DNA of 64,000 nt, from contig OZ243965.1 in the NCBI GenBank assembly GCA_965214655.1, positions 517,716 through 581,715 of the forward strand. The letters are read 5' to 3'. The notes beneath the pieces are model-generated. The model saw nothing but the letters and a program-made list of their open reading frames with translations, was not told the origin of the DNA and did not search any database. Every line of letters begins with the position of its first letter. Position 1 is the first letter of the stretch. The DNA comes from Bryobacterales bacterium (lineage in GTDB: Bacteria; Acidobacteriota; Terriglobia; Bryobacterales; UBA6623). The position numbers were made by a program, and so were the translations under genes. Below are positions 30,085-39,931 of this stretch, piece by piece.

Positions 30085-31212
30085 TCATTCCTCCGGAAAT
30101 CGATGCGCGTTCCGGCCCCACCAATTCTGCCAAAACGAGACGATGCGGTTGCGGTGGACGACATCTTTCAACTGTGAACCGAACTGCAGGTGCTCTTCGA
30201 TTTCGCTGTCTTCGTAACGCTTGGGGCCCGCGGGCCTCATCCAGGCCATGGAGCGGGTATTGTGGACAGTAATCGACGGGAGATTGTGCATATAGGCGCT
30301 GACGCCGGCCACGGCCATGTGCCGGACTTCTGCGTCGGCATGACCCAATAACCGCCCCAGATAAGGCATGGCGGCGGCGGTGTGCGCCGCCCGCAGAGAG
30401 TACGCAGCCGCTCTGCGCAACTGCGGCTCGGCAGTCTCGGCCAGCGCCATACGGCCGATGGCGCGCGCCGCCGCCGGATCCGTCGGAACGGCAAACCTGA
30501 CCGCTTTGACCACGAACGAAAAGCTCTTCGAGCCCTGGAGTTCCGCCGCCCGATCCAACGTTTGTTTCATCGCCGAGACTTCGCCGAGGCGGATCAACGA
30601 ACCCAAGCCCAGCGCCGCGGTATCGGCGTTCCGCGAAGCGGCCAGCGCGCGGTAGGCTCCGCGCAGGGTCGGGGAATCCAAAACGTGCAGACCGAGGAAG
30701 GCTCGCGGCATGATCGAGGCGACCTTGGCGTCGCCGGAGAAGCGGCTCGCCGCGGCGCACAACTCCAGGGCGACTTTCTCGGCCGTCGGGCTGTCGGCCC
30801 GGTAAGCGAACGCGCCGGAGGGCGGCTCGCGCAGGGCGGGATAGTAGGTAAAAGGGATTATGGCCGTCCCGGGCAGCAAACGCCGAAAGGCGTCCTCCAT
30901 CGGGCCCAGAAACCACAGACCGTATATCTCCGGGAAGTTGGCAGTCGGCCCTCTATGCCGTACGGGCGACTGCCAGGAGATGGGAACCGGCACGCCGAGC
31001 GGCAAAGTCCCCTTGAGCACGCGGTCGGGGCGCAGCGACAGATACACCTGCTGCCCGTTCTGAGTCCCTTCGACGATCGCGCCCACGGCGACGATCTCCG
31101 CCCGACCTGCAAACATTTCCATGCCGCTCGTCGCTCCGCAAAGAGCGGAGGCGGTCAGGGCGAACGCGACAAGCGGCAGGCGGCAACTCCACCTCGGCAC
31201 GGGAACCTTCAT
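30085..31212 (-). CDS. Secreted hypothetical protein with C-terminal HEAT-like helical repeats
   Basis: Signal peptide after MKVPVPRW; LRRAAAYSLRA, LGRLLGHADAEVRHMAVAGV. The longer ORF-track start lies inside the IS terminus. Confidence 0.6.
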   Translation of the reverse strand: MKVPVPRWSCRLPLVAFALTASALCGATSGMEMFAGRAEIVAVGAIVEGTQNGQQVYLSLRPDRVLKGTLPLGVPVPISWQSPVRHRGPTANFPEIYGLWFLGPMEDAFRRLLPGTAIIPFTYYPALREPPSGAFAYRADSPTAEKVALELCAAASRFSGDAKVASIMPRAFLGLHVLDSPTLRGAYRALAASRNADTAALGLGSLIRLGEVSAMKQTLDRAAELQGSKSFSFVVKAVRFAVPTDPAAARAIGRMALAETAEPQLRRAAAYSLRAAHTAAAMPYLGRLLGHADAEVRHMAVAGVSAYMHNLPSITVHNTRSMAWMRPAGPKRYEDSEIEEHLQFGSQLKDVVHRNRIVSFWQNWWGRNAHRFPEE

Positions 31213-31311
31213 ATGGATTACCGACACCGCCCTGCAACGCTTTGCACAACTTTTTTGCGACGGTTTTTCACGGCGCAGTCCGTTCCCTGCCCTCTCCCGC
31301 CCCTTTCCTAA

Positions 31312-33204
31312 GGGCCGGCGCAAAAATAGTTTCCGTTTTTGTTACATGGGTTCGATGGTGTAGTTCCATTTGGGCATTGAGCTGTCGGGTGTGATGCGTA
31401 GCTCCTGCATTTCCTCATCGGTGACCTTGACGCCGGTCTTGTAGGTCTTTCGCACCAGGTGTGCACGCACGCGCAGTCCGGTGGCGGTGCGTGTGGTGCG
31501 CAGGTATTTCAGGATGGTCTCGTAGCTGTCCAGCGGGCGGCCCGCCCAGTTCTTGGTGACCTCGCAGAACATGCGGTGTTCGATGGGATTCCACTTCGAG
31601 GTGGCCGGCGGGTAGTGGGCCACGGTCACGCGCAAGCCGTGCCGGTTGCAGAGGCGGTGTTGCAGGTTGAATTTCCAGGCGCGCGCCGTGCAACTGTTGC
31701 TGCCGCCGCCGTCGGCCAGGATCTGCAGCGCGTTGGCCTCGGGATAGTGCTTGCAGCCTTGGGTGCGCCACCATTTCTCGATGCAGTCGACGGCGAACGC
31801 CGGGGTGTCGGCGGTCTGGCCGACGAAGACGGTGCCGGCGTTGGCCCGCGGGTCGTAGATGCCGTAGGGGACGGCGAGGCCCTCGGCATCGGAGCGGAAG
31901 TCGTGGTCCTTGACCTGTTCGGGACTGCGGTCCCACTTGGCGCCGGGATTTCGGAACGCGCCGACGAGTTCCTTCTTCTTGGTATCGACGCTGATGACCG
32001 GGACGTTGTCGGCGGCGCAACGCTCGCGCAGGTCGGCGATGTGCCGGAACTGATCGTCGCGCCTCGGATGGGAAGCGCCGGCGAGCTTCTTGTGGTTGAC
32101 GCGCAGCGAATAGCCCATCGCTTTGAGCAGTCGAGCGACCGTCCGGGGGCAGACGTCGATGCCGAGCGCGCCCAGTTGGTCGGCGACCTTGGCGGTCGTT
32201 CGGCGTGTCCACTTCAGGCCGCTGACCGGGTCGCCGGCCGTCTCGTGGTCCATCAAGGTTTTGATGCAGGCGATGACTTCCAGCGTTTTTTTTCCGTCGG
32301 TGTGCGTCCGCCGCCGGCGCGCCGCACCCGGTCGACCTCGACGTCACGCTCGACCAGTTGCCGCCGGCCGGCGGCGACCGTCGACGGGTCGATGCCGAGC
32401 AGTCGGGCGATGCGCCGGTCGCCGCCCCACCCGCACTTGAGGGCTTCGAGGCCGGCGAACAGCCGCCGCTGCCGCTCGTCGAGCAGGCTGGCGAACAACA
32501 CGATGGCGGCGCGCAACTCCTCGGGCATCAGGTCGGCGTCGGGCAGGGGTTGCCCGAGTCCGGGCGTGGCCAGCAGCAGACGTCTGGCGCGCACCTGGTG
32601 CGTCTGTTGCGCGCGGTCGGCGGCGCAGTAGAGGAACTGTCCGGCGAGCTTGTGCCGTGTCAGCCGCCGGTCATCGACGAGCTTGCGCAGCGCGTCCTGG
32701 GTGCCGACACCGAGCAGGTTGTCCAACTCGTCGGCGAAGTGTCCGGCCTCGGCGTGGTTGATGAACGACTCGGCGGTTGCGATCAAGGTGCCGGCGCGGG
32801 AGAAGCGGACGCCGGCGAACGACCACAGGCCGCGCTCGTCGAAGTGGGCGAGTTGGTCGAGGGTGTAGTAGCCGCCGCGATGCGAGTAGCTGGTGCGGGC
32901 GTCGATGTCCTTGAGCTTGCGGAACGCGGTGCGCCTGCTGGCGCGGGCGCCGAGCGCGGCCATGACCTCGGCCAGCGAGGCGATGGTCTGGTTGCGGAGC
33001 AGGGCGATGATCGTGTCGGCGGAGAATTGGGTTGGTCTCATTATGGCGCCATTGCGGGTTCGCATTTCCGCAATGATGCCACAACTCGGACGGGCTGCGC
33101 CCCTCAGATGACGGGACTTGATTGCTGATCACGAGAGTCGCGGCGCCGGTGGGTTCTACTGCGAGACTACGGGCGCTTCTAGGAAGTTATTCTTGCGCGA
33201 ACCC
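31312..33204 (-). mobile_element. ISAzo13-family insertion sequence, copy 1 (1893 bp)
   Basis: Imperfect TIRs GGGTTCGCGCAAGAATAACTTCC / GGGCCGGCGCAAAAATAGTTTCC; TAA on both flanks; near-identical to 55563-57455. Confidence 0.92.
31342..33065 (-). CDS. ISAzo13-family transposase: orfA 32253-33065 and DDE orfB 31342-32256, probably joined by -1 frameshift
   Basis: TAGDP..LKWT, ISVDTKKKELVG, ADGGGSN, TSKWNPIEHR, WNYTI; A8 run at the junction. Confidence 0.9.
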
Positions 33205-33207
33205 TAA

Positions 33208-34467
33208 GGAAGGTCTGAATAAGTAGTGGCAAGCAGGGGGGATGTATCCTAGTGGAGTTGTAGGGTAGATGTTGTCGTTAGAGGGAGGAAGGATGCATCA
33301 GCGGAGCTTTGCGGATATGGAGTACGAGGGCAAGAAACACCGCACGAGGCGGGAGAAGTTTCTGGGGCGGATGGAGGAATTGATTCCGTGGGAGCGTTTG
33401 GAGGAGCGCATCCGCCCGTACTACCCCAAAGCGGGGCGGGGGCGGGGGCCGTACGAGTTGGCGGTGATGCTGCGCGTGCACTGCGTGCAGTTGTTTTACA
33501 ACGTGAGCGATCCGGGGATGGAGGACATGCTGTACGAGATCGAGTCGGTGCGGCGCTTTGTGGGTTTGCGTTTGGGAGATGCGTTGCCGGACGAGACGAC
33601 GATTTTGCACTTTCGGCATCTGTTGGAGAAGCACGAGTTGGGCGGGGTTGTGCTGGCGGAGAGCAACGCGCACTTGGCGGGGCAGGGGTTGCGGTTGCGG
33701 GAAGGGACGATCCTGGACGCGACGATCATCGCCGCGCCGAGTTCGACGAAGAACAAGGAGCGGAGTCGCGACCCGGAGATGCATCAGAGGAAGAAGGGGA
33801 AGCAATGGCATTTCGGGATGAAGGCGCACATCGGGGTGGACGCCGAGACGGGGCTGGCGCATAGCGTGGCGGCGACAGCGGCGAATGTGGCGGATGTGAC
33901 CCAAGCGCATAAGTTGCTGCACGGCGGGGAGAAGGTAGTGTGCGGGGATGCGGGCTATCAGGGGGATGCGGGCTATCAGGGGGTGGAGAAGCGCCCGGAG
34001 CATCGCCGGCGTAGGGTGGAGTGGCAAGTGGCGCTGAAGGCTGGGCAGCGGCGGCGCTTGGCGGCGGACAGTGCGGAGGCGCGGGCGGAGCGGCGCAAGG
34101 CGGAGGTGCGGGCCAAGGTGGAGCATCCGTTTCTGTATGGGAAGCGGCACTTTGGTTACGCCAAGGCGCCTATCGCGGCTTGGCCAAGAACAGGGAGCGG
34201 ATCAGTCTGCTGTTGGGCTTCGCCAATGTGCTGCTCGCCGGGCGCTACGCGACGGCCTGAGCGCCACAATACAGGAGTCGTGCGCCCACAGTGGCGCAAA
34301 GCCGCAGAAGCGGAGTTGAAACCGTCGCTGCGGGGTCAAAATTGGCGTTGCACAGTCAAAAAGAGCAGGATTTAGCCGCAAAATTCGCTGGCAGCCCAAC
34401 TGCAACCGCTCCTTACGGACAGCATCAACCATCCAGCGCACCAAAAACTGCCTTATTCAGACCTTCC
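33208..34467 (+). mobile_element. IS5-family (IS5 subgroup) insertion sequence, 1260 bp
   Basis: Perfect 16-bp TIRs GGAAGGTCTGAATAAG (33208-33223; reverse complement at 34452-34467); CTAA duplicated at 33204-33207 and 34468-34471. Confidence 0.93.
33293..34260 (+). pseudogene. IS5 transposase with an in-frame 18-bp duplication and a late frameshift
   Basis: PDETTILHFRHLLE, DATIIAAPSSTKN, WHFGMKAHIGVD. GDAGYQ is duplicated. The expected YRGLAKN...C-terminus sits in another frame after ~34168. Confidence 0.85.
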
Positions 34468-34494
34468 CTAATGCTGACGGGCTGACTTTTCCTC

Positions 34495-34523
34495 ATTGTA
34501 GCACCCAAATAGAAATTTCTATT
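34495..34523 (-). promoter_or_regulatory. Extended -10 promoter (TGc-TACAAT) with adjacent 16-bp palindrome
   Basis: Minus-strand TGCTACAAT at 34495-34503; AATAGAAATTTCTATT at 34508-34523. Confidence 0.4.
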
Positions 34524-34789
34524 CTACAGCAAGAATTTAATATTTGCGCAAAAAACCTCATTCCATTTCGCCATCGCAATGTGCTGACCGATTGCCTGCG
34601 CGCCATTATCGCCTGCACGCCATTATCCCGGATATTGCGCCAAGGGTAGGGCGCAAGGCCGTGCTTTGCGGTATAGTTGGAAACGCCAGAAAATTCCATA
34701 AATATTTATGTGTCAATACCCTACAGGATCAGGCAGGCGAATCGGCGGCCCTGGTGGCCCGTTCCTCGTCTTTTGCGGCATCTTCCGAA

Positions 34790-35166
34790 GATGGCTTTCC
34801 TGGAGGGAGCGTTGCTTGCCGCGGCTGCGCGTCCGGCCGGCGTCGCCGACGATTTCGATGGCCGTGCTGACAACTGCCCGCGCGGTGATCGAGGATGCGG
34901 CCACGCGCAAGGAGGCCGTGAAGATTCAGGAACGCTTGCGCCTGCCAGCCAAGGACTTCGCGCGTTTCGACAGGCGCATGGACGGTTTTTCGACCCACAT
35001 CCGGCAGGCGGGCAAGGATGTCGAAGAGGCGCAAACGTCGGCGCGCAAAATTTCGAGCCGTTTGGAGAAGATTGAAAAGCTGGAGTTGGGCGAGGATGAA
35101 TCGTACGGGAACAGCGTTTTCAGAGCGCAGCTCGACTCGCCGGGCGAGACTCAACTGCCCACGTAA
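34790..35166 (+). pseudogene. rmuC: RmuC C-terminal fragment
   Basis: ASPTISMAVLTTARAVIEDAATRK...AKDFARFDRRMD..HIRQA..DVEEAQTSARKISSRLEKIEKLEL matches my recollection of RmuC C-termini; no N-terminal part visible. Confidence 0.7.
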
Positions 35167-36173
35167 CGCGCATAGAGGCTGCGGGCGACGGCCGGATCCC
35201 GCGTGCCTTTGACGATTGCGCGGCCGTCGGGGAAGATCGTCAACGCGTGCGGCGGACAGGAGAAGCGCAACGCGTAGGGGTTGGTCTGGACTTCGCCCAA
35301 TGAGGCGAGCGCCGCAGCCAATCCGGGCAGGTCGAGCGCGCGGCCGTTGGCGGCGATCTGGACGCCGTCTTGCCCGCAGAGGCTCGCCGAGCCGCGGCTG
35401 AGGTCGTTCAGGCATCGGAAATCGCCGCGGCCGCACGTCGGGCAATCGGGGTCGGGCCGTCCGGCGTCGATAGAGCCGGACTCGCCGCTCCAGACGTCAG
35501 TCGTAACCAGCCGGCGGCGCAGCGCCTCGGGGCGTCCGCAAAGGATTTTCAACGCCTCGCAAACCTGCAGCGCAGCGACCGCCGCCGTTGCGGCGTTGAG
35601 CGCTCCGGACGTTTCGCACGTCGGCTGGCGCGAGCGCGGGGCTTGCGGGAAAATGCACGACAGGCAGGCCGTTTGCCCCGGCACGACCGGCATCAGTGAG
35701 CCGCGCGTGCCGACGGCGGCTCCGTAAATCCAGGGCGTTTTTGTCTTGACAGCCACGTCGTTGAGCAGATAGCGGGCGGCGAAATTATCGGTTCCGTCGA
35801 GGATGACGTCGGCCGGGGTCAGCAGGGCTTCGGCGTTTTGCGGCGTCAAATCCTTGACTTGCGCCTGAATCCGGCACGATGAGTTTGCCTTGCGCAGGCG
35901 CTCGGCCGCGGCCGCGGCCTTGGGCATGGCCCGCTCGGCGTCCGCTTCCTCGAACAGCCATTGGCGCTGCAGGTTGCTCGTTTCCACGTAATCGCGGTCG
36001 ATGAGAACAATTTCGCCGACGCCGGCGCGGACGAGCAGCGTTGCATGCACTGTGCCCAGCGCGCCGCAGCCGACTACGACCGCCCGCGAGGCGAGCAGCC
36101 GGCGCTGGCCCTCGGCGCCGATCTCGGGCAGGATCGACTGGCGGGAATAACGTTCGCGCTGTGCGTTGTCCAT
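35151..36173 (-). CDS. moeB: ThiF/MoeB family adenylyltransferase
   Basis: RYSRQ, VVGCGALG, DRDYVETSNLQRQ, DGTDNF, ACLSC and CPTC zinc motifs. Confidence 0.85.
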   Translation of the reverse strand: MDNAQRERYSRQSILPEIGAEGQRRLLASRAVVVGCGALGTVHATLLVRAGVGEIVLIDRDYVETSNLQRQWLFEEADAERAMPKAAAAAERLRKANSSCRIQAQVKDLTPQNAEALLTPADVILDGTDNFAARYLLNDVAVKTKTPWIYGAAVGTRGSLMPVVPGQTACLSCIFPQAPRSRQPTCETSGALNAATAAVAALQVCEALKILCGRPEALRRRLVTTDVWSGESGSIDAGRPDPDCPTCGRGDFRCLNDLSRGSASLCGQDGVQIAANGRALDLPGLAAALASLGEVQTNPYALRFSCPPHALTIFPDGRAIVKGTRDPAVARSLYARYVGS

Positions 36174-36273
36174 GAGTTGCGGGAGCGTACGATTGGATCC
36201 TACCAGCGGCGCGCCGATCCTTTTCCGGTAACGCAAGCGGGGCAGCGCCGCATCTTATAATTTCGGGTAAGCA

Positions 36274-39240
36274 GTGCGTGAGAGACTTTGGCTTTGTCTG
36301 ACGCTCGCCGCGCTGTCCGGCACGTCCGTTTTCGGTTCCGATTACTTCGGCCTAACGGTTGCCGCGATCGAATACGTTCCTGCGGAGCAGCCGTTTGCCG
36401 CGGAGCCGCTGAATGAGATGATCCGCGTCGAAGTCGGCGAAGCGCTCGACGCCGCCGAGTTGCGCGCCTCGATCGAAGCGCTTTTCGAAACCGGCCGCTA
36501 CGCCGATATTCAAGTCGATGCGCAGCGGGAAGACGAGGGCGTCAGGCTTACGTTTCTCACCAAGCCTGCGTGGTTTATCGGCGATGTGCGCGTCGTCGGA
36601 ACGCCGCGGCCCCCGTCGGAAAGCCGGCTCGTCAACGCAACCGATCTGAAGCTCGGAGAACCGTTCACGCCCGAGAAGCTCGGCTTGGCGGAACAAGCGC
36701 TCCGGCGGCTGCTCGCCGAATCCGGATTTCGGCAGGCAACCGTCGAGGCCGCCGCGGCGAAGGCTGCAAGCACGCAGCAAGTCGACATCGTATTCACCGT
36801 GAATCCCGGTTTGCGCGCCCGGATCGGCGCTTTGCTCGTAGCCGGCGAGAACCGGCCGTTGAACGAAGAGCAGATTCGCTCGATCAGCGGGTGGAGGCGG
36901 GGCGCGGTTTACCGCAGCGACCGTATCCCCAACGGTATCGCGCGGATCAAGGAGCACTTTCGCAAACAAAACCGCTGGCGGGTCGACGTGTACGTGCAGA
37001 CGCCGGAGTACGACCGCGAAGAAAACCGGTTGACCATGGTGGTGCGCATCGATCCGGGACCCCGGTTTGTGGTTCGCACCGAGGGCGCCAAGCTTTCGGC
37101 GGACAAGATGCGCCGTTATCTGCCGGTTTTCGAGGAGGGAGCGATCGATGACGACCTGCTCGCCGAAGGGCGGACCAACCTCGTCGACTTTTTCCAGTCC
37201 AAGGGCTATTTCAACGCCGAAGTGGATTTTGAGGTGGAACGTTCGACGGAGGACGAATCCGTTGTCGTCTACAGGATCCGCCGAGGGAGACGGCAAAGCC
37301 TGGAGCGGATCGAAATCAGCGGCAATTTCTTTTTCGATACGGAAACCGTTCGCGAGCGCATGGGGATCGAGGAAGCCGGTTTCCAACTGCGGCGCGGGCG
37401 ATTCAATCAGTCGTTGCTGGCAAACGACTTGGCCGCCATTGAAAACCTGTATGTTGCGAGCGGTTTTCACAACGTCGAAGTGACCAGCCGGATTGCGGAA
37501 CGCGGCGCAGGCGAAACCGGCCGCCTGACCGTTTTCATCCATATTGACGAGGGGTTCCCCGTCATCGTGGACGGTCTGGTCACCGCCGGACTGGAAAACT
37601 TCCCCGGAAACGAGTTGCTGTACGAATTCGCTTCGGCGCCGGGACAGGCGTACAGCGCGGCCAACATCGCTACCGACCGCGATCTGATCCTGGCCGAGTA
37701 CTACAACGCCGGGTACCAGAACGCTTCCTTCGATTGGCGCGTCGAGCCCGCCGGCGATCCGTATCGAGTGATGGTTTACTACGAGGTCGACGAGGGCGAG
37801 CCGGTACGCTTGCGTAAATCCATCGTTACGGGAGTGCAGCGCACGCGGCCGGAAGTCGTCGGGCGGCGCATCGTGCTCGTCCCGGACGCTCCGCTGTCGC
37901 AAACGGAGATATTCGAGACGCAGCGGGATCTCTACAATTTGGGGATTTTTTCGAAGGTCGATGTCGCGCTGCAGAACCCCGGCGGCCGCGAAGACGCCAA
38001 GAACGTTTTGCTGCAGGTAGAGGAGGCGCGGCGCTGGGCGGTGGGCTTCGGCGGCGGAGCGGAGTTCGCGCGCATCGGGCGCAACACCGCCGAGCTTACG
38101 AACCCGGTCGGCAACAATGCCTTCAGCCCGCGCGCGACGCTGGAGCTCACCCGGCTCAACATGTTGGGGAAAGCCCACACGATGAGTTTCCGCACGCGGG
38201 TTTCGGTATTGCAGCAACGCGGCCTGTTCACCTACCAGGCGCCGCGCTGGTTCGATTCCGACCGCTGGGCGCTCACGCTCAGCGGCCTGCTCGACACCTC
38301 CCGCAACGTCAACACGTTTACCGGCAGGCGGCTCGAAGGGGCGCTGCAGTTTACCCAGAATCTCAACCGCGCGAGGACCGTGCTCTACCGTTACGCTTAC
38401 CGGCGAACGGCGATCGACGAGAATACGCTGCACATCGAGCCGTTGCTGGTGCCGCTGATCTCGCAGCCCGTCCGCGTCGGACTGCTGTCGGCGACCTATA
38501 TCGAGGACCGCCGCGACAATCCCACCGATTCAACCAAGGGGACGTACAACACGCTCGACCTGAGCTTGGCCTCCGGCCTGTGGGGCTCGCAGCCGGACTT
38601 CTTCCGCGCCCTTGTGCAGAACAGCACTTATCACCGCATCGGCCGCCGCGCCGTCGTGGCCCGCACGGTCCAGCTCGGCATGAATTTGCCTTGGGCCGAT
38701 ACGGGAGTCGGCGGCGCGTCCGCCCGGACGTTTGCCGTCAGGCCCGATCCCCGCATCCCGATTTCCGAGCGCTACTTTGCCGGCGGCGCGAACTCGCACC
38801 GCGGTTTTCCGTTCAACCAGGCAGGCCCGCGAGACCCGGCAACGGGATTTCCCATCGGCGGCGGAGCGCAGTTTCTCAACAGCTTGGAGTTGCGGTTTCC
38901 TTTGGTCGGGGTCAATATCGGCGGCGTATTGTTTCATGACGCGGGAAATGTTTACTCCCGTCCCGCCCGCATCAGCTTCCGCGGCGGGCAAGGCGTGCGC
39001 GCCGTCGAAGACGACCATAAGGAATTCGATTTCGACTACATGGTTCACGCGGTAGGTTTCGGGATTCGCTATCGTACCCCTATCGGGCCGGTGCGCATGG
39101 ACTTGGCCTACAGCGTGAATCCGCCTCGCTTCGTGGGATTCGAGGGAACGCGCGCCGCCTTGCTGAGCGGCGCCGGCGCGTTCCGCGAGCAGCGCATCGG
39201 CTCGCTGCAGTTTCATTTTTCGTTGGGGCAGACTTTCTGA
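36274..39240 (+). CDS. BamA/TamA family outer-membrane protein with POTRA domains
   Basis: Signal peptide; POTRA repeats; ERYFAGGANSHRGF, GGVLFHDAGNV, TPIGPVRMDLAY, C-terminal LGQTF. Confidence 0.9.
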   Translation: MRERLWLCLTLAALSGTSVFGSDYFGLTVAAIEYVPAEQPFAAEPLNEMIRVEVGEALDAAELRASIEALFETGRYADIQVDAQREDEGVRLTFLTKPAWFIGDVRVVGTPRPPSESRLVNATDLKLGEPFTPEKLGLAEQALRRLLAESGFRQATVEAAAAKAASTQQVDIVFTVNPGLRARIGALLVAGENRPLNEEQIRSISGWRRGAVYRSDRIPNGIARIKEHFRKQNRWRVDVYVQTPEYDREENRLTMVVRIDPGPRFVVRTEGAKLSADKMRRYLPVFEEGAIDDDLLAEGRTNLVDFFQSKGYFNAEVDFEVERSTEDESVVVYRIRRGRRQSLERIEISGNFFFDTETVRERMGIEEAGFQLRRGRFNQSLLANDLAAIENLYVASGFHNVEVTSRIAERGAGETGRLTVFIHIDEGFPVIVDGLVTAGLENFPGNELLYEFASAPGQAYSAANIATDRDLILAEYYNAGYQNASFDWRVEPAGDPYRVMVYYEVDEGEPVRLRKSIVTGVQRTRPEVVGRRIVLVPDAPLSQTEIFETQRDLYNLGIFSKVDVALQNPGGREDAKNVLLQVEEARRWAVGFGGGAEFARIGRNTAELTNPVGNNAFSPRATLELTRLNMLGKAHTMSFRTRVSVLQQRGLFTYQAPRWFDSDRWALTLSGLLDTSRNVNTFTGRRLEGALQFTQNLNRARTVLYRYAYRRTAIDENTLHIEPLLVPLISQPVRVGLLSATYIEDRRDNPTDSTKGTYNTLDLSLASGLWGSQPDFFRALVQNSTYHRIGRRAVVARTVQLGMNLPWADTGVGGASARTFAVRPDPRIPISERYFAGGANSHRGFPFNQAGPRDPATGFPIGGGAQFLNSLELRFPLVGVNIGGVLFHDAGNVYSRPARISFRGGQGVRAVEDDHKEFDFDYMVHAVGFGIRYRTPIGPVRMDLAYSVNPPRFVGFEGTRAALLSGAGAFREQRIGSLQFHFSLGQTF

Positions 39241-39241
39241 C

Positions 39242-39931
39242 ATGCGGCGCGGTTGCGACAGCCGATTGCGGCGATACGGGCGGGCGGCCGCGGCCGGAGC
39301 GATGTTGCTCGCCGTCATGAGCGCGCGCGCCGAAATTATCGACGGAGTGGCGGCGGTCGTCGGCGCGAAGGCCGTGACGCTTTCGGAGATCGACCGCGAT
39401 CTCCGGCTGGTGGGCTTGTTCAATGCCGCCGAGGCGGATATGTCCGCCGCCGGCCGCCGGGCGGCCTTGTGGCGTCTGATCGAGCGGCGGCTGATCCAGC
39501 AGGATATCGGGCAGGCGAACTTTCTCAACGCCGAACCGGAGGAAGTCGAAGAGCGCATGCGGGAGTTGTATGGGTTGCGCTTCGCTGCGGGGCGAGACTT
39601 CCCGGCTGCCCTGCGGCGCTACGGCCTGACCGCGCGGGAATGCCGCGATTTTCTTTCCGAACAGATTGCTTTCGAGCGCTATACGGCGCTTCGTTTCAAG
39701 ACCGGACTCAATGCCTCCGGCGAAGAAATCGAAGACTACTACGAGACCGTCTACGCCCCGCGGCAGCGGCAGCTTGGAGCAACCCCCGAGCCGTTGGCCG
39801 CGGTTTCCGCGCGCATCGAGCAGATCTTGATCGAGGGGAAAACCGACCGCTTGATCGAAGAACGGATCAAAGAGTTGCGCGCGTTAACGCGGGTAGAGAT
39901 TCTTGCGTCTGATCTAAGGGAGCCGCTGTGA
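39242..39931 (+). CDS. SurA N-terminal domain-like periplasmic chaperone
   Basis: EIIDGVAAVVGAKAVTLSEID, LIERRLIQQ. Confidence 0.7.
   Translation: MRRGCDSRLRRYGRAAAAGAMLLAVMSARAEIIDGVAAVVGAKAVTLSEIDRDLRLVGLFNAAEADMSAAGRRAALWRLIERRLIQQDIGQANFLNAEPEEVEERMRELYGLRFAAGRDFPAALRRYGLTARECRDFLSEQIAFERYTALRFKTGLNASGEEIEDYYETVYAPRQRQLGATPEPLAAVSARIEQILIEGKTDRLIEERIKELRALTRVEILASDLREPL

Noticed and set aside
36256-36261. TATAAT upstream of the bamA/tamA-like gene
   Set aside because: No recognisable -35 or extended -10; plausible but too weakly supported to call.
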